Shown here piece by piece: positions 39,439 to 48,731 of a DNA stretch of 64,000 nt. Under the pieces are notes generated by a model, which saw only the letters and a list, made by a program, of their open reading frames with translations, did no database searches and had not been told where the DNA came from. Positions within the stretch are counted from its first letter, which is position 1, and each line of letters begins with the position of its first letter. This DNA comes from an uncultured Gammaproteobacteria bacterium (lineage in GTDB: Bacteria; Patescibacteriota; Patescibacteriia; UBA1558; S5-K13): the NCBI GenBank assembly GCA_964640635.1, contig CAZXFD010000004.1, forward strand, positions 9,262-73,261. The letters run 5' to 3'. Position numbers and translations under genes: made by a program.

Positions 39439-40800
39439 TTAATATAATATAAATAAAAACATAATTATTATAAGACTCAGAGAAGAAAATATTACATCTA
39501 GTCTTTGTATTTTTATTTTTACGAATATGTTGATAAGTAATAATACGAAAGTTATCGCTAATATAATTTTATAATAAATTGACGAAATGTCAAATATCTT
39601 GTTTAAGTCGTTTGGTTTGTGTAGTTTTGTGAAGGTATATTGGTCTTGTATAGACGTTTTGTTTGGAATTATGTTGTTTATGTCAACATCAGATATGGAC
39701 CTATCCCCAGTCTCATTTATTGTTTCTATTGTTGCTGGAACTATTATATTTTGTTCTTCTGTCTTTTCTTCTGGAATTATAGCGCTTCCAGTCCACTGAT
39801 TGGAGTCAGCGTCATTTTTAGTTAATTCTATATTTGTGTTTTGAAAATTTATACTAGCACTTTTTACAGCATTGTCTAAAGTTGCCGTGGCCCTTATTAC
39901 TTTTTCATTAGTTGGAGTGGTTTGCATTTTAATAGTTGAGGTAGGTGTTGAAGTTGTAGTATTTTGTTCTTTTATAGATAAAACGTCTTTTTGGGTAGAT
40001 GTTGTGCTGATGGGTTCTTTTATTTCTATTATCGTATTTTCAACGGGTCTTGCTATGTTAATTTCTTTTTTGGATCCAAAATGTTGAGCTATTAAAATAG
40101 TGTCATAAGATTGATATTGTCCACTTATAGCACCCACGCCTATGTCTGTATAATCTGGGTCTATAATATTAGAGTAATGTGTTGGACTTTTTTTCCATGC
40201 ATCAATGACACTTTCTGCGGTATCAAAACCTATTGCAAGATTTTCCCCAGCAAATTTATAGTTATAATTAGCTTTATTCATCCAATTGGATAATTTTTGA
40301 CCATTTGGTGAGGTATGAGCAAAGTATTGATTTATTAGCATATCTTGAGCCTTATACATTGCAGATTCATTTAGTTGTTCATTTTCCTGAAGTATATTGA
40401 GTCCCAAGTTACTTCTTACTTGATTTGTAAGCGCTATTATCTTTTTTCCTTCTTCGTATAATGCGCTTGGAGTAAGCCATGCACTTAGAGGAAATGATAT
40501 GACAACTGCAACTACTATTATTTTTGTAATAAAAGCAGAAAGACCATAAAAAAGAAGTCTTTTTGGTCGTAGTGCCTTTGGTTTGTAATTATTCCCTTCA
40601 TGAGGAATAAAAAAGTCTTTTATCATAGGATTTGTGCCTAATTTTATTTCTTGCCCATCACTTAGTCCATCGCCATCTGTGTCTGGGTTGTTTGGATTTG
40701 TGCCGTATTTATTTATTTCATCATAATCGCTTATTCCATCATTATCGGAGTCTATTTTTTTGGGCTTTTTTAATGATTTATTATTCTTTAAGTATACCAT
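39439..40800 (-). CDS. Membrane-anchored CAP-domain protein with N-terminal TSP3-like Ca-binding repeats
   Basis: DSDNDG/DTDGDG repeats, GENLA, SPTHYSNI, C-terminal TMs. Confidence 0.85.
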   Translation of the reverse strand: MVYLKNNKSLKKPKKIDSDNDGISDYDEINKYGTNPNNPDTDGDGLSDGQEIKLGTNPMIKDFFIPHEGNNYKPKALRPKRLLFYGLSAFITKIIVVAVVISFPLSAWLTPSALYEEGKKIIALTNQVRSNLGLNILQENEQLNESAMYKAQDMLINQYFAHTSPNGQKLSNWMNKANYNYKFAGENLAIGFDTAESVIDAWKKSPTHYSNIIDPDYTDIGVGAISGQYQSYDTILIAQHFGSKKEINIARPVENTIIEIKEPISTTSTQKDVLSIKEQNTTTSTPTSTIKMQTTPTNEKVIRATATLDNAVKSASINFQNTNIELTKNDADSNQWTGSAIIPEEKTEEQNIIVPATIETINETGDRSISDVDINNIIPNKTSIQDQYTFTKLHKPNDLNKIFDISSIYYKIILAITFVLLLINIFVKIKIQRLDVIFSSLSLIIIMFLFILY

Positions 40801-40898
40801 ATAATATGTGTATTTGTCAAGTAATACATTCTAAAATTATTTATATTGTTATTATCCTATTATTTTGTTTTATAGTCAAATTTATGTTTAAAGATGTG

Positions 40899-41144
40899 CT
40901 ATTTTTTCTCAATTATTATAGTGCATTTTGAAATCAGTGCTGCAAGAGCACCAACAGCTGCTATTGTTGGAACAAGGACTGCGCCAACGGCACCTAGTGT
41001 AAGAGGAATTTCAATTAAAGTTTCTTCTTTTTGATTTTTTATGATGATTCGTCTGGCATTCCCTTGTTTTATGAGTTCTTTGACTTTTTTAACTATTTCG
41101 TCCCCACTGACTTTGAATTCCTCGGTTTTTTTGTTTGTTTTCAT
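40899..41144 (-). CDS. DUF4342-like small protein
   Basis: VKELIKQGNARRIIIK..LIEIPLT pattern. Confidence 0.8.
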   Translation of the reverse strand: MKTNKKTEEFKVSGDEIVKKVKELIKQGNARRIIIKNQKEETLIEIPLTLGAVGAVLVPTIAAVGALAALISKCTIIIEKK

Positions 41145-41163
41145 GGTATTGTTTATAAATTTA

Positions 41164-42243
41164 TTATTTGATATTTGAAATTTGTAATTTTTTCATTATT
41201 CTTTCTGCATCTTTTCCGTCTACAATTTTTGGTTGGCTGTAATCATATATTATGACCGGTTTAAATTCTGTGTTTATTACATCAGTTTTATCAAAAGTTA
41301 TTTTTGCTATTATTCCCTCTCTGGTATTTTGAGACCACATTTGATCAAAGATAAAATTTCCTAAACTATATATAATATATTTGCCTTTGTATTTTTCTAC
41401 TGTTTGTATAACGTGGGGGTGGTGACCAACAACTAGGTCGGCTCCAGCATCAATGGCACTGTGGGCAAAAGTTGTTTGATATTGATTGGGTGTGTTTTTG
41501 TATTCTACGCCAGCATGCATAGAAACTATTACAAAGTCATTATTAATTTTGGCTTTTTTTACTGCTTCTTGCATTTTTGCTATATCAATGAAATTTGTTC
41601 CATAGCGAGTTGCGCCCGCCTGATAGGTACTTGGAACTACATCGGGGCTATTGTATGCTAGGAATGCGAATTTGAGGCCATTTAGGGTGCTTGTGGCGGG
41701 CGCCTTGGCTAAAGAATCATTTCCAGCGCCAACATATTTTATTTCAGCTTTTTCAAGGTAGCCAATGGTATCTTTTAGTCCTTTTTCCCCAAAATTGGGA
41801 GTATGATTATTTGCAAGAGATAGGATGTCAAATCCATTTTCTTTCAAAACTTTTGCGTTCTCTGGATCTGCACGAAAAGTCATTTGATTTGTTTGTATTG
41901 CTTTTCCGGGAGTAAGGGCCGTTTCTAAATTTCCAAAAACAAGATCCCCTGTTTTAAGATAGTCTTTTACATTTTTGTAAGGATAATTATAGTCTTTGTA
42001 TTTTTTTATTTTTGCATCTACGTTTCTAGACAACATTATGTCTCCAACAAAAATAATTGAAACAGGTTTTGTTTCTAACTGTTTTTGTATTTCTATTTTC
42101 GAACTTTCTTTAATAGGGATTTGATTATTTAAAAATAAACTTTTTGTAGATGTAGCGCTTGTTCCATAGAATAAAAAAAGAGATATTATAATTGTTGTTA
42201 TAGATAAAATAAGTAGAAGTATTTTTTTTGTGGATGTGGTCAT
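41164..42243 (-). CDS. CapA (PGA_cap) family metallophosphatase-like protein
   Basis: VGDIML, NLET, LANNH, HAGVEY, GHHPHV, YSLGNFIFDQ motifs. Confidence 0.92.
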   Translation of the reverse strand: MTTSTKKILLLILSITTIIISLFLFYGTSATSTKSLFLNNQIPIKESSKIEIQKQLETKPVSIIFVGDIMLSRNVDAKIKKYKDYNYPYKNVKDYLKTGDLVFGNLETALTPGKAIQTNQMTFRADPENAKVLKENGFDILSLANNHTPNFGEKGLKDTIGYLEKAEIKYVGAGNDSLAKAPATSTLNGLKFAFLAYNSPDVVPSTYQAGATRYGTNFIDIAKMQEAVKKAKINNDFVIVSMHAGVEYKNTPNQYQTTFAHSAIDAGADLVVGHHPHVIQTVEKYKGKYIIYSLGNFIFDQMWSQNTREGIIAKITFDKTDVINTEFKPVIIYDYSQPKIVDGKDAERIMKKLQISNIK

Positions 42244-43157
42244 TATTTTTTTGAAGACAAGTATTTGTGTATTGAGTTGCTAGCAATTGCTCCTTCAGAG
42301 GCAGCTGTAATAATTTGTCTAAAATGGTTTGATCCATTTGTTATGTCTCCGCTTGCAAAAATGCCATCTAAACTTGTTGATCCATCTGCTTTAATTTTGA
42401 TGTGACCATCCTCCGTGTCTATATTTAGATCATGGACAAGCTCTAGATCTGGTTCAGATCCAATTTCAACGAAAACACCATCAAGAGTAATTTCTTTTGA
42501 ACCGTTGAATTCATTATTAAGTGCGACTGATTGAAGTTTGTTTTCCCCAATAAAATCTATTACTTTTGTGTTGTATAAGACGGTTATTTTTTTATTATTG
42601 TTTATTTGATCTAACCACATTGCTTCACCTTTTAGTGATTCACCGCGATAGATAATATAAACTTTTTCTGCTAAATCTGCTAAATATAGTGCCGCTGTCA
42701 TCGCGCTATTTCCTCCACCTAAAACAGCCACTGTTTTTTCTTTGAAAAATGGTCCATCACATGTAGCGCAATAGGAAATGCCTCTGCCTAAAAATTGTTT
42801 TTCACTTTCTATATTTAATTTTCTTGGTTTTGTTCCTATGGCAAATAAAATTGTTTTTGATGTATATTCTTTTGAGTTTTGAGTTTTTATTAAAAAACCG
42901 TTTTCTTGTTTTGTGATATTTATAACTTTGTCCATTTCAATTTTAGCACCAAAATGTTCAGCACTAGTTTTCATTTTGTTTGTTAGTTCTATTCCAGATA
43001 TTTCTATTTCCCCTGGCCAGTTGCATATTTTGTGGGCTTCACTAGCAAGTCCACCAGGCACTTCTCCTATTATAAGATGATTTATTTTGTATCGTGATGC
43101 ATAAATTGATGCGGTAAGACCACTTGGTCCAGAGCCAATGATTATAAGATCATACAT
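42243..43157 (-). CDS. trxB: Thioredoxin reductase
   Basis: GSGPSG, CATCDG, GGGNSA motifs. Confidence 0.9.
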   Translation of the reverse strand: MYDLIIIGSGPSGLTASIYASRYKINHLIIGEVPGGLASEAHKICNWPGEIEISGIELTNKMKTSAEHFGAKIEMDKVINITKQENGFLIKTQNSKEYTSKTILFAIGTKPRKLNIESEKQFLGRGISYCATCDGPFFKEKTVAVLGGGNSAMTAALYLADLAEKVYIIYRGESLKGEAMWLDQINNNKKITVLYNTKVIDFIGENKLQSVALNNEFNGSKEITLDGVFVEIGSEPDLELVHDLNIDTEDGHIKIKADGSTSLDGIFASGDITNGSNHFRQIITAASEGAIASNSIHKYLSSKK

Positions 43158-43230
43158 AGCATATTTTTTTACTTATTATATTACTTATTTTATTATGTAT
43201 TATGATATTAGTCAAAGCGCATAATATAAA

Positions 43231-43270
43231 AACTCACCCCCCACCTTTTGTAAAAGGTGGGGGGTGAGTT
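43231..43270. repeat. Perfect 19-bp-arm hairpin of the CCCCCACC family, probably also terminating the RRM gene
   Basis: aactcaccccccacctttt-gt-aaaaggtggggggtgagtt. Confidence 0.75.
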
Positions 43271-43291
43271 ATATTTGAGATTAGTCAATAT

Positions 43292-43552
43292 CTATTCTCT
43301 TGTTTCCATTGGTTTTGCTTCATTTACCTTGATTGTTCTTCCAGCAAATTCTTTGCCATCAAACATTTCAATAGCTTTTTGAGCACCTTCTTCTGTTTCC
43401 ATTTCAACAAAACCAAATCCTTTTGATCTGTTTGTCATTTTGTCAATAATAATTTTGACAAATGTTACATTTCCTGCTTCAGAAAATGCTGTTTGTAGAT
43501 CCTCTTCTGTGGAACTATAAGGGATTCCACCGATGTATAGTCTTTTTTCCAT
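43292..43552 (-). CDS. Single-RRM RNA-binding protein
   Basis: RNP2 LYIGGI and RNP1 KGFGFVEM. Confidence 0.93.
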   Translation of the reverse strand: MEKRLYIGGIPYSSTEEDLQTAFSEAGNVTFVKIIIDKMTNRSKGFGFVEMETEEGAQKAIEMFDGKEFAGRTIKVNEAKPMETRE

Positions 43553-43683
43553 TTCACGTGTTTGTTAATTTTTTAAATGCATTTCCTGTTCACAATAGTC
43601 CCACAAACGAATGCACAATGCACAATTTGTAAACCCCTTGTTCTTCGGAAATATTTATATCAACAGCTCTTTAGCTGTTAGTA

Positions 43684-44277
43684 TTATTCTAAAATTCCAT
43701 CAAGATTTATATCATAAAGAATTTTTTCATTTAGGTGAGTATATTTTATGATTTCATCTTCTTTAAACCAAACTTTTATTTCTCTCTCTGCTTCGGATAC
43801 TTCATCTGAACAATGTACTAAGTTTCTTACGCATCTATCATTTAGATTTGCTAAATCATAAGAATCTATTGTGTAATCACTTCTTATTGTTCCTACATCT
43901 GATGACATTGGTTCTGTTCCGCCAACTAATTTTTTTACAATTCCTACAGATTTATTCCCTTGAAATACCATTGCTAATACTGGGCTTGCTGTTAGAAATT
44001 TGACATTTGCTTCAAGCATATCTTTTCCATATTCTACAGCATCTTTTTCTATAGGTAAATTTTCTTTTGTTCTATTTTCTATTGTTCTTGTTCCTATTTT
44101 TAGAAACCAAGCTTCATCTTTATTATAATGAGCTAAGCATTGTTCTCTTGTTGCGATTAGAAATTTTGCAGCTATGAGTTTGAGTCCAGTTCTCTCTATT
44201 CTAGAGAAAATTTCTCCCATTAAATTTCTTTGTACTGCGTCTGGTTTTAATATTACTAAAGTTTTTTCATTCGTCAT
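43684..44277 (-). CDS. ndk: Nucleoside diphosphate kinase (long form)
   Basis: EKTLVILKPDAVQR, GTIR, RNLVHCSD; start taken at ATG 44277. Confidence 0.92.
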   Translation of the reverse strand: MTNEKTLVILKPDAVQRNLMGEIFSRIERTGLKLIAAKFLIATREQCLAHYNKDEAWFLKIGTRTIENRTKENLPIEKDAVEYGKDMLEANVKFLTASPVLAMVFQGNKSVGIVKKLVGGTEPMSSDVGTIRSDYTIDSYDLANLNDRCVRNLVHCSDEVSEAEREIKVWFKEDEIIKYTHLNEKILYDINLDGILE

Positions 44278-44312
44278 TTTGTTTATTTTTATCCCGCCAT
44301 AGCGGGGTTTCA

Positions 44313-44693
44313 TTATTTATTTAAAACTTCTTTTACTTTATCTACTACTTGAGATGGTGTAAGATTTGCTTTTACTAAGTAATCTTTTGCTCCAAGTTTT
44401 TGACCCTTTTCAACATCTTCTCCTTGTCCTAGATTGGTAAGCATTATCACGGGTATATTTTTTGTAGAAGCATCGCCTTTTAATTGTTTTAATACCATAA
44501 ATCCATCCATTTCAGGCATTATTACATCTAGTAAAACTATGTCTGGATGGTATGTCTTGACTTTTTCAAGTCCTTCTCTGCCATTGAACGCTGAGTCAAT
44601 TTCATAACCCTCTTTTTCAAACTTAGAAACATACATATTAACAAGCATTTCTTCGTCCTCTATTATAAAAACTTTTATTTTTTTGTCTACCAT
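44313..44693 (-). CDS. Single-domain response regulator
   Basis: IEDE, LLDVIMP, LTN, YLVK motifs. Confidence 0.92.
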   Translation of the reverse strand: MVDKKIKVFIIEDEEMLVNMYVSKFEKEGYEIDSAFNGREGLEKVKTYHPDIVLLDVIMPEMDGFMVLKQLKGDASTKNIPVIMLTNLGQGEDVEKGQKLGAKDYLVKANLTPSQVVDKVKEVLNK

Positions 44694-44781
44694 ATTTTTA
44701 TGTTATTAGAAAAAAATGGATTTTGATATTCCAATGCCTTGATTATAGCATAAATCATATAAGTTTCAAGGATTTTGATAA

Positions 44782-45636
44782 TTATTTGATAATTTTTGAC
44801 CAATATTCGTTTCCGTTGCTTAATATTAGAATGTTTCCAAGTTCATCTGTGCGTATTATGTTCTGAGTAAATTTATTAATCCTAGTCACCGTTTCTTTGT
44901 TTGGGTGACCAAATTTGTTATCAAGACCTACTTGAATAATTGCTGTTTCTGGTTTTACTTTTTCTACAAAAGGATTGCAAGACGATCCTTTTGATCCATG
45001 ATGTCCTACTTTTAGAATTTCAGACTCTAAATTTGTTTCATGTTTTAGAATTTCAGTTTCTCCAATACATGTGAGATCTCCTGTAAAAATTGCATCAAAG
45101 CTTTTATAACTTAATTTTAAAACAACGGAAGTGTTGTTTATATCTTTTTCTTCATTTTTTTGTGAAATTGGATAAAGTGTTTTCAGGATTATATTTTCAT
45201 CAAGGCTAATGGTTTTTCCATGTTGAGCAGTTATTAGATTTATATTTTTTTCTTTTATTAAACTCATTAAATAAACATAGTCAGAAAAATCTGCATCATA
45301 TCCAGAATAAATGATATTATCTACTCTATAATTTTCTAGCACATTTATAAGTCCTAGATAGTGGTCTTGATGAGCGTGGGTAATAACAAGTAGGTCTATG
45401 TTTCTTTTCCTGTACGGTAGTTTTGCACTAATTTTTTTGCTAAAATCGTCATACGGTCCCCCATCAATTATTATTGTCTCATCGTTTGGTGTTTTGATTA
45501 ATATTCCATCACCTTGTCCAACATCGATAAAATGTATTTCTAATAAGTTGTTTTTGTATTCAAAAAAATAATAAGGAATAAGAAATGATATAATGATAAT
45601 TATAAATATTATTTTAAATGTCTTTCTTTTTTGCAT
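44782..45636 (-). CDS. ComEC-type metallo-beta-lactamase nuclease domain (separate gene)
   Basis: DVGQGD, THAHQDH, TGD, KVGHHGS, GHP motifs. Confidence 0.9.
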   Translation of the reverse strand: MQKRKTFKIIFIIIIISFLIPYYFFEYKNNLLEIHFIDVGQGDGILIKTPNDETIIIDGGPYDDFSKKISAKLPYRKRNIDLLVITHAHQDHYLGLINVLENYRVDNIIYSGYDADFSDYVYLMSLIKEKNINLITAQHGKTISLDENIILKTLYPISQKNEEKDINNTSVVLKLSYKSFDAIFTGDLTCIGETEILKHETNLESEILKVGHHGSKGSSCNPFVEKVKPETAIIQVGLDNKFGHPNKETVTRINKFTQNIIRTDELGNILILSNGNEYWSKIIK

Positions 45637-47104
45637 ATAAATAAAATAAACAAATAATTATATAAAAAAATATCATATGAAAGATTGTAAAGTTTTTGAT
45701 ATCTAAGACACTTATTTTGATACTAGAGATAATTTTGATTAACCAAAATAATAATTGTGTAAGTGTATAAGATATAAATCCTACATATTGAGCTAAGCTG
45801 GTGCTGATTATAGAGATTACAATTGAAAATACAAAGAGTGTCATATCAAAGGTTATAAATGGGAGTATTAAAACGTTTGATAAAAGTGCAAATATTGGGA
45901 GGGTGTGAAAATTGTATAGGGATATTGGGAGAGTCATAAAAATTGCGCTAAGACTGGTTGAAATAATACTTCTTAAGCTAAGATATTCTGGAATAAATTT
46001 CAGATAATCCATGAGTATTGGGGATAGATAAATAAGTCCTATTGTTGCAAGAAAGCTCAATTGGAATCCAACATCATAAAACATTGATAAGGGATTGATG
46101 AGGGCCATTATAATAAGAGAATAAATGAGTACAAGATAATTGGGAATATATCGCTCTAAGTTTTTACTAAATACAACGAGTATTCCCATGATAGATGCTC
46201 TTATTATTGAAGCGGAAAGTCCTGATAATATTGCAAAGGTAAAAAGTAGTATTAGAAGAAATAAAAAGCTTTGTTTTCGGTTTATTCTAACTTGATAAAG
46301 CATGCGAGAAAAGACGACAATGATTATTGCTACATGCATGCCAGATACCACCACTATGTGACTTAGTCCTGTGTGTCTAAAGTTTTCATCGATATCGCTA
46401 GGTAATAATTTTTCAAAGCCAAATAAAGAACTATTTGCAAAAGAGCTTATTGGCTCTGGCCAAATAGCGTTTACTTTTTTAAACAAAAGGTTTTTAATTT
46501 TGTATATTTGAGTGAAGAAAAAATTACCTTTGTTTGTTTCAAGTAATTTGATGTTTGCGCCATAACAGAGGGAATAAATATTGTCTTTTGATAGATATTT
46601 TCCGTAGTCAAAGCCCTCTATTTTGTCAGGCTTTGTAAGTATGCAATTTATCTGCACAATATCACCATAATTGTATGGTGGATACAAATTTATTGTTGCA
46701 AGAGTATTTCCAGACACATTTTTATTGATTGGTTCTAATAGTTGCGTGACAGAGACTTTAATTTTTTGTTTGTCTATTCTTTTGTCGGGTTCATCAACAA
46801 TGCGCCCTATAAAAGTAGTTTTTGTATTGTTCTTAAAATCAAGGATTTCATTATTGTAGTGCCATATTTTTGTATTATCAGAGTAATCTATTTTTGTAGA
46901 GTTTAGTAATAATATGCCCAAAGAAATTGATAAAATGATTGCTAAATAAAACCACACCCCCTTCTTTCTAAAAATAAGTATAAAAATAAAAGCAATAATT
47001 AAAATAGTCATTGCTACATTTTCATGAATATTAAAAAAGTTTGCTAAAAATAATCCGCAAATAAAAAAGAGCCCAATAATAAAATTTTTTACCGACCGCT
47101 TCAT
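45614..47104 (-). CDS. comEC: ComEC/Rec2 competence channel
   Basis: GLSHIVVVSGMH, SIIRA, GFQLSF motifs; many TMs. Confidence 0.92.
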   Translation of the reverse strand: MKRSVKNFIIGLFFICGLFLANFFNIHENVAMTILIIAFIFILIFRKKGVWFYLAIILSISLGILLLNSTKIDYSDNTKIWHYNNEILDFKNNTKTTFIGRIVDEPDKRIDKQKIKVSVTQLLEPINKNVSGNTLATINLYPPYNYGDIVQINCILTKPDKIEGFDYGKYLSKDNIYSLCYGANIKLLETNKGNFFFTQIYKIKNLLFKKVNAIWPEPISSFANSSLFGFEKLLPSDIDENFRHTGLSHIVVVSGMHVAIIIVVFSRMLYQVRINRKQSFLFLLILLFTFAILSGLSASIIRASIMGILVVFSKNLERYIPNYLVLIYSLIIMALINPLSMFYDVGFQLSFLATIGLIYLSPILMDYLKFIPEYLSLRSIISTSLSAIFMTLPISLYNFHTLPIFALLSNVLILPFITFDMTLFVFSIVISIISTSLAQYVGFISYTLTQLLFWLIKIISSIKISVLDIKNFTIFHMIFFYIIICLFYLYAKKKDI

Positions 47105-47131
47105 AAGTTTGCTTTTCTTTAAACTATGAAT

Positions 47132-48214
47132 TTATTTCAACTTGCACTTTAATACGCTTTCTATAAAATCTAATATATCCCCATTTAATACCCTTTCGCT
47201 GTCACTTGTCTCATAATCACTTCGTAAGTCTTTTATCATTTTGTATGGATGAAGGACATAAGATCTTATTTGATTTCCCCATGCGGCTTCTTTGATTTCC
47301 CCTTTTATTTTTTTTCTTTCTTCGTCTGATTGTACTTGTAGGTATTTACTTATTTTTGCATATAAATATTTCATTGCTGTTTCTTTGTTTTGGCCTTGAG
47401 ATCTTTGATTTTGGCACGTTGTAACAATTCCTGTTGGGATATGAGTAATTCGAACTGCTGAGTCTGTTGTGTTTACATGCTGTCCACCTGCACCACTAGC
47501 TCTATAGAAATCAATTCTTAGGTCATCATTTTTTATTTCAATAGGAATTTCATCTATTTCTGGAAAAACTTCTACCATTGCAAAAGAAGTGTGTCTTGCA
47601 TGATCGCTGTCAAATGGAGAGAGTCTTACAAGGCGATGTACGCCGTCTTCGCTATGGAGATATCCATAGGAATAAGAGCCTGTTATTATCATTGTAATGG
47701 TTTTGTATCCTGCTTCTTCTCCACGAGATTCGTCTATTATTTGATATTGCCAGTTCATTTTTTCAAAAAATCTTGTGTACATTCTGAAAAGCATTTCTAC
47801 CCAATCTTGAGATTCCGTACCCCCTGCTCCTGCAAAAATTGTCATAATTGCGTTGTTGGGGTCATATTTATTGGTAAATAATATTATTATTTCAAGATTC
47901 TTGAACTTTTTTTCGAGCTCATAATATTTATCAGTAATTTCTTTTTCTAATTCTGAGGCATTATCGGTTTCAATAAGATCTGATAAATCATCTAATTCTT
48001 TTATTAAATTTTCCCAATTTGTAATCTGGTCTTTGTAAGTTTTTAGTTCTTGAGATTTGTTTTTTGCAATATTTTGATCTTTCCAGAAATCAGAATTATT
48101 CATGTCGGATTCAAGTGTATTCACTTTGGTTTTTAATTCATCTAAATTTAAAAGTGGCAAGATATTATTTATTTTATTTTGTAGTTCTTTGATTTTTTCT
48201 ACAACTTCGTTCAT
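47132..48214 (-). CDS. prfB: Peptide chain release factor 2, no programmed frameshift
   Basis: SPF tripeptide, GGQ; continuous ORF from Met1. Confidence 0.95.
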   Translation of the reverse strand: MNEVVEKIKELQNKINNILPLLNLDELKTKVNTLESDMNNSDFWKDQNIAKNKSQELKTYKDQITNWENLIKELDDLSDLIETDNASELEKEITDKYYELEKKFKNLEIIILFTNKYDPNNAIMTIFAGAGGTESQDWVEMLFRMYTRFFEKMNWQYQIIDESRGEEAGYKTITMIITGSYSYGYLHSEDGVHRLVRLSPFDSDHARHTSFAMVEVFPEIDEIPIEIKNDDLRIDFYRASGAGGQHVNTTDSAVRITHIPTGIVTTCQNQRSQGQNKETAMKYLYAKISKYLQVQSDEERKKIKGEIKEAAWGNQIRSYVLHPYKMIKDLRSDYETSDSERVLNGDILDFIESVLKCKLK

Positions 48215-48284
48215 TTGATTTTTTTATTTTTAGGACTATGATTAAATTAAGAGTATAAAATTAATTTATCATAAAGGAGGCCAT

Positions 48285-48314
48285 ATGGCAACAAGAGCAG
48301 TTTATTCGCTCTAA
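48285..48314 (+). CDS. Putative leader micro-ORF MATRAVYSL
   Basis: AAGGAGG 4 nt before the ATG; its TAA overlaps the next SD (TAAAGGAGG). Confidence 0.45.
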   Translation: MATRAVYSL

Positions 48315-48325
48315 AGGAGGAAAAG

Positions 48326-48511
48326 ATGAGAAACAAAGGTGATTCTCGTCGCGACCAAAAAAAGAACAAAAGGAAAAAAGTGCAACAAGATGTCTTTGGA
48401 CATAGCTCCAATGGGGCAAAGACCAAAGACGACATTTCTAAGAAAAAGAAACAAAAACACAAACACGACAAAAGAAGTGATAAGAAATATCACATAGGAG
48501 GCAGTAAGTGA
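48326..48511 (+). CDS. Small Lys/Arg-rich protein, candidate ribosome-rescue factor
   Basis: Perfect AAGGAGG SD; KTKDDISKKKKQKHKH; divergent from prfB; terminator downstream. Confidence 0.65.
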   Translation: MRNKGDSRRDQKKNKRKKVQQDVFGHSSNGAKTKDDISKKKKQKHKHDKRSDKKYHIGGSK

Positions 48512-48534
48512 GAAAAATTAATTCTCAAAACTAA

Positions 48535-48572
48535 AAAGGGTTTGCTATATATAATAAGGCAAACCCTCTTTT
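48535..48572 (+). terminator. Intrinsic terminator
   Basis: agggtttgc...gcaaaccct-ctttt. Confidence 0.7.
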
Positions 48573-48731
48573 TATTTATACTAATTTATAATACTAATAT
48601 ACTAATTATGCTAATTATATTAATCTCTCTTTATTTATAATTTACTATTTGATTATTTTCAAATGATTTTTTATTTTGATATTTTAAGTTCTATTAATCA
48701 ATTATTCTATTATCCTATTATACTATTAATA

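Noticed and set aside
44278-44313. N-terminal extensions of ndk (also the PPIase at 22339 and rlmN at 34947)
   Set aside because: Extensions run through palindromes, repeats or overlaps; downstream ATGs match family starts
44782-47104. Split ComEC as a pseudogene
   Set aside because: Both halves are intact, overlap, and the second has its own TM anchor; split forms are known
48311-48493. Hydrophobic minus-strand ORFs (also 48247-48471)
   Set aside because: Mirror of the Lys-rich plus-strand ORF, which has the SD and terminator
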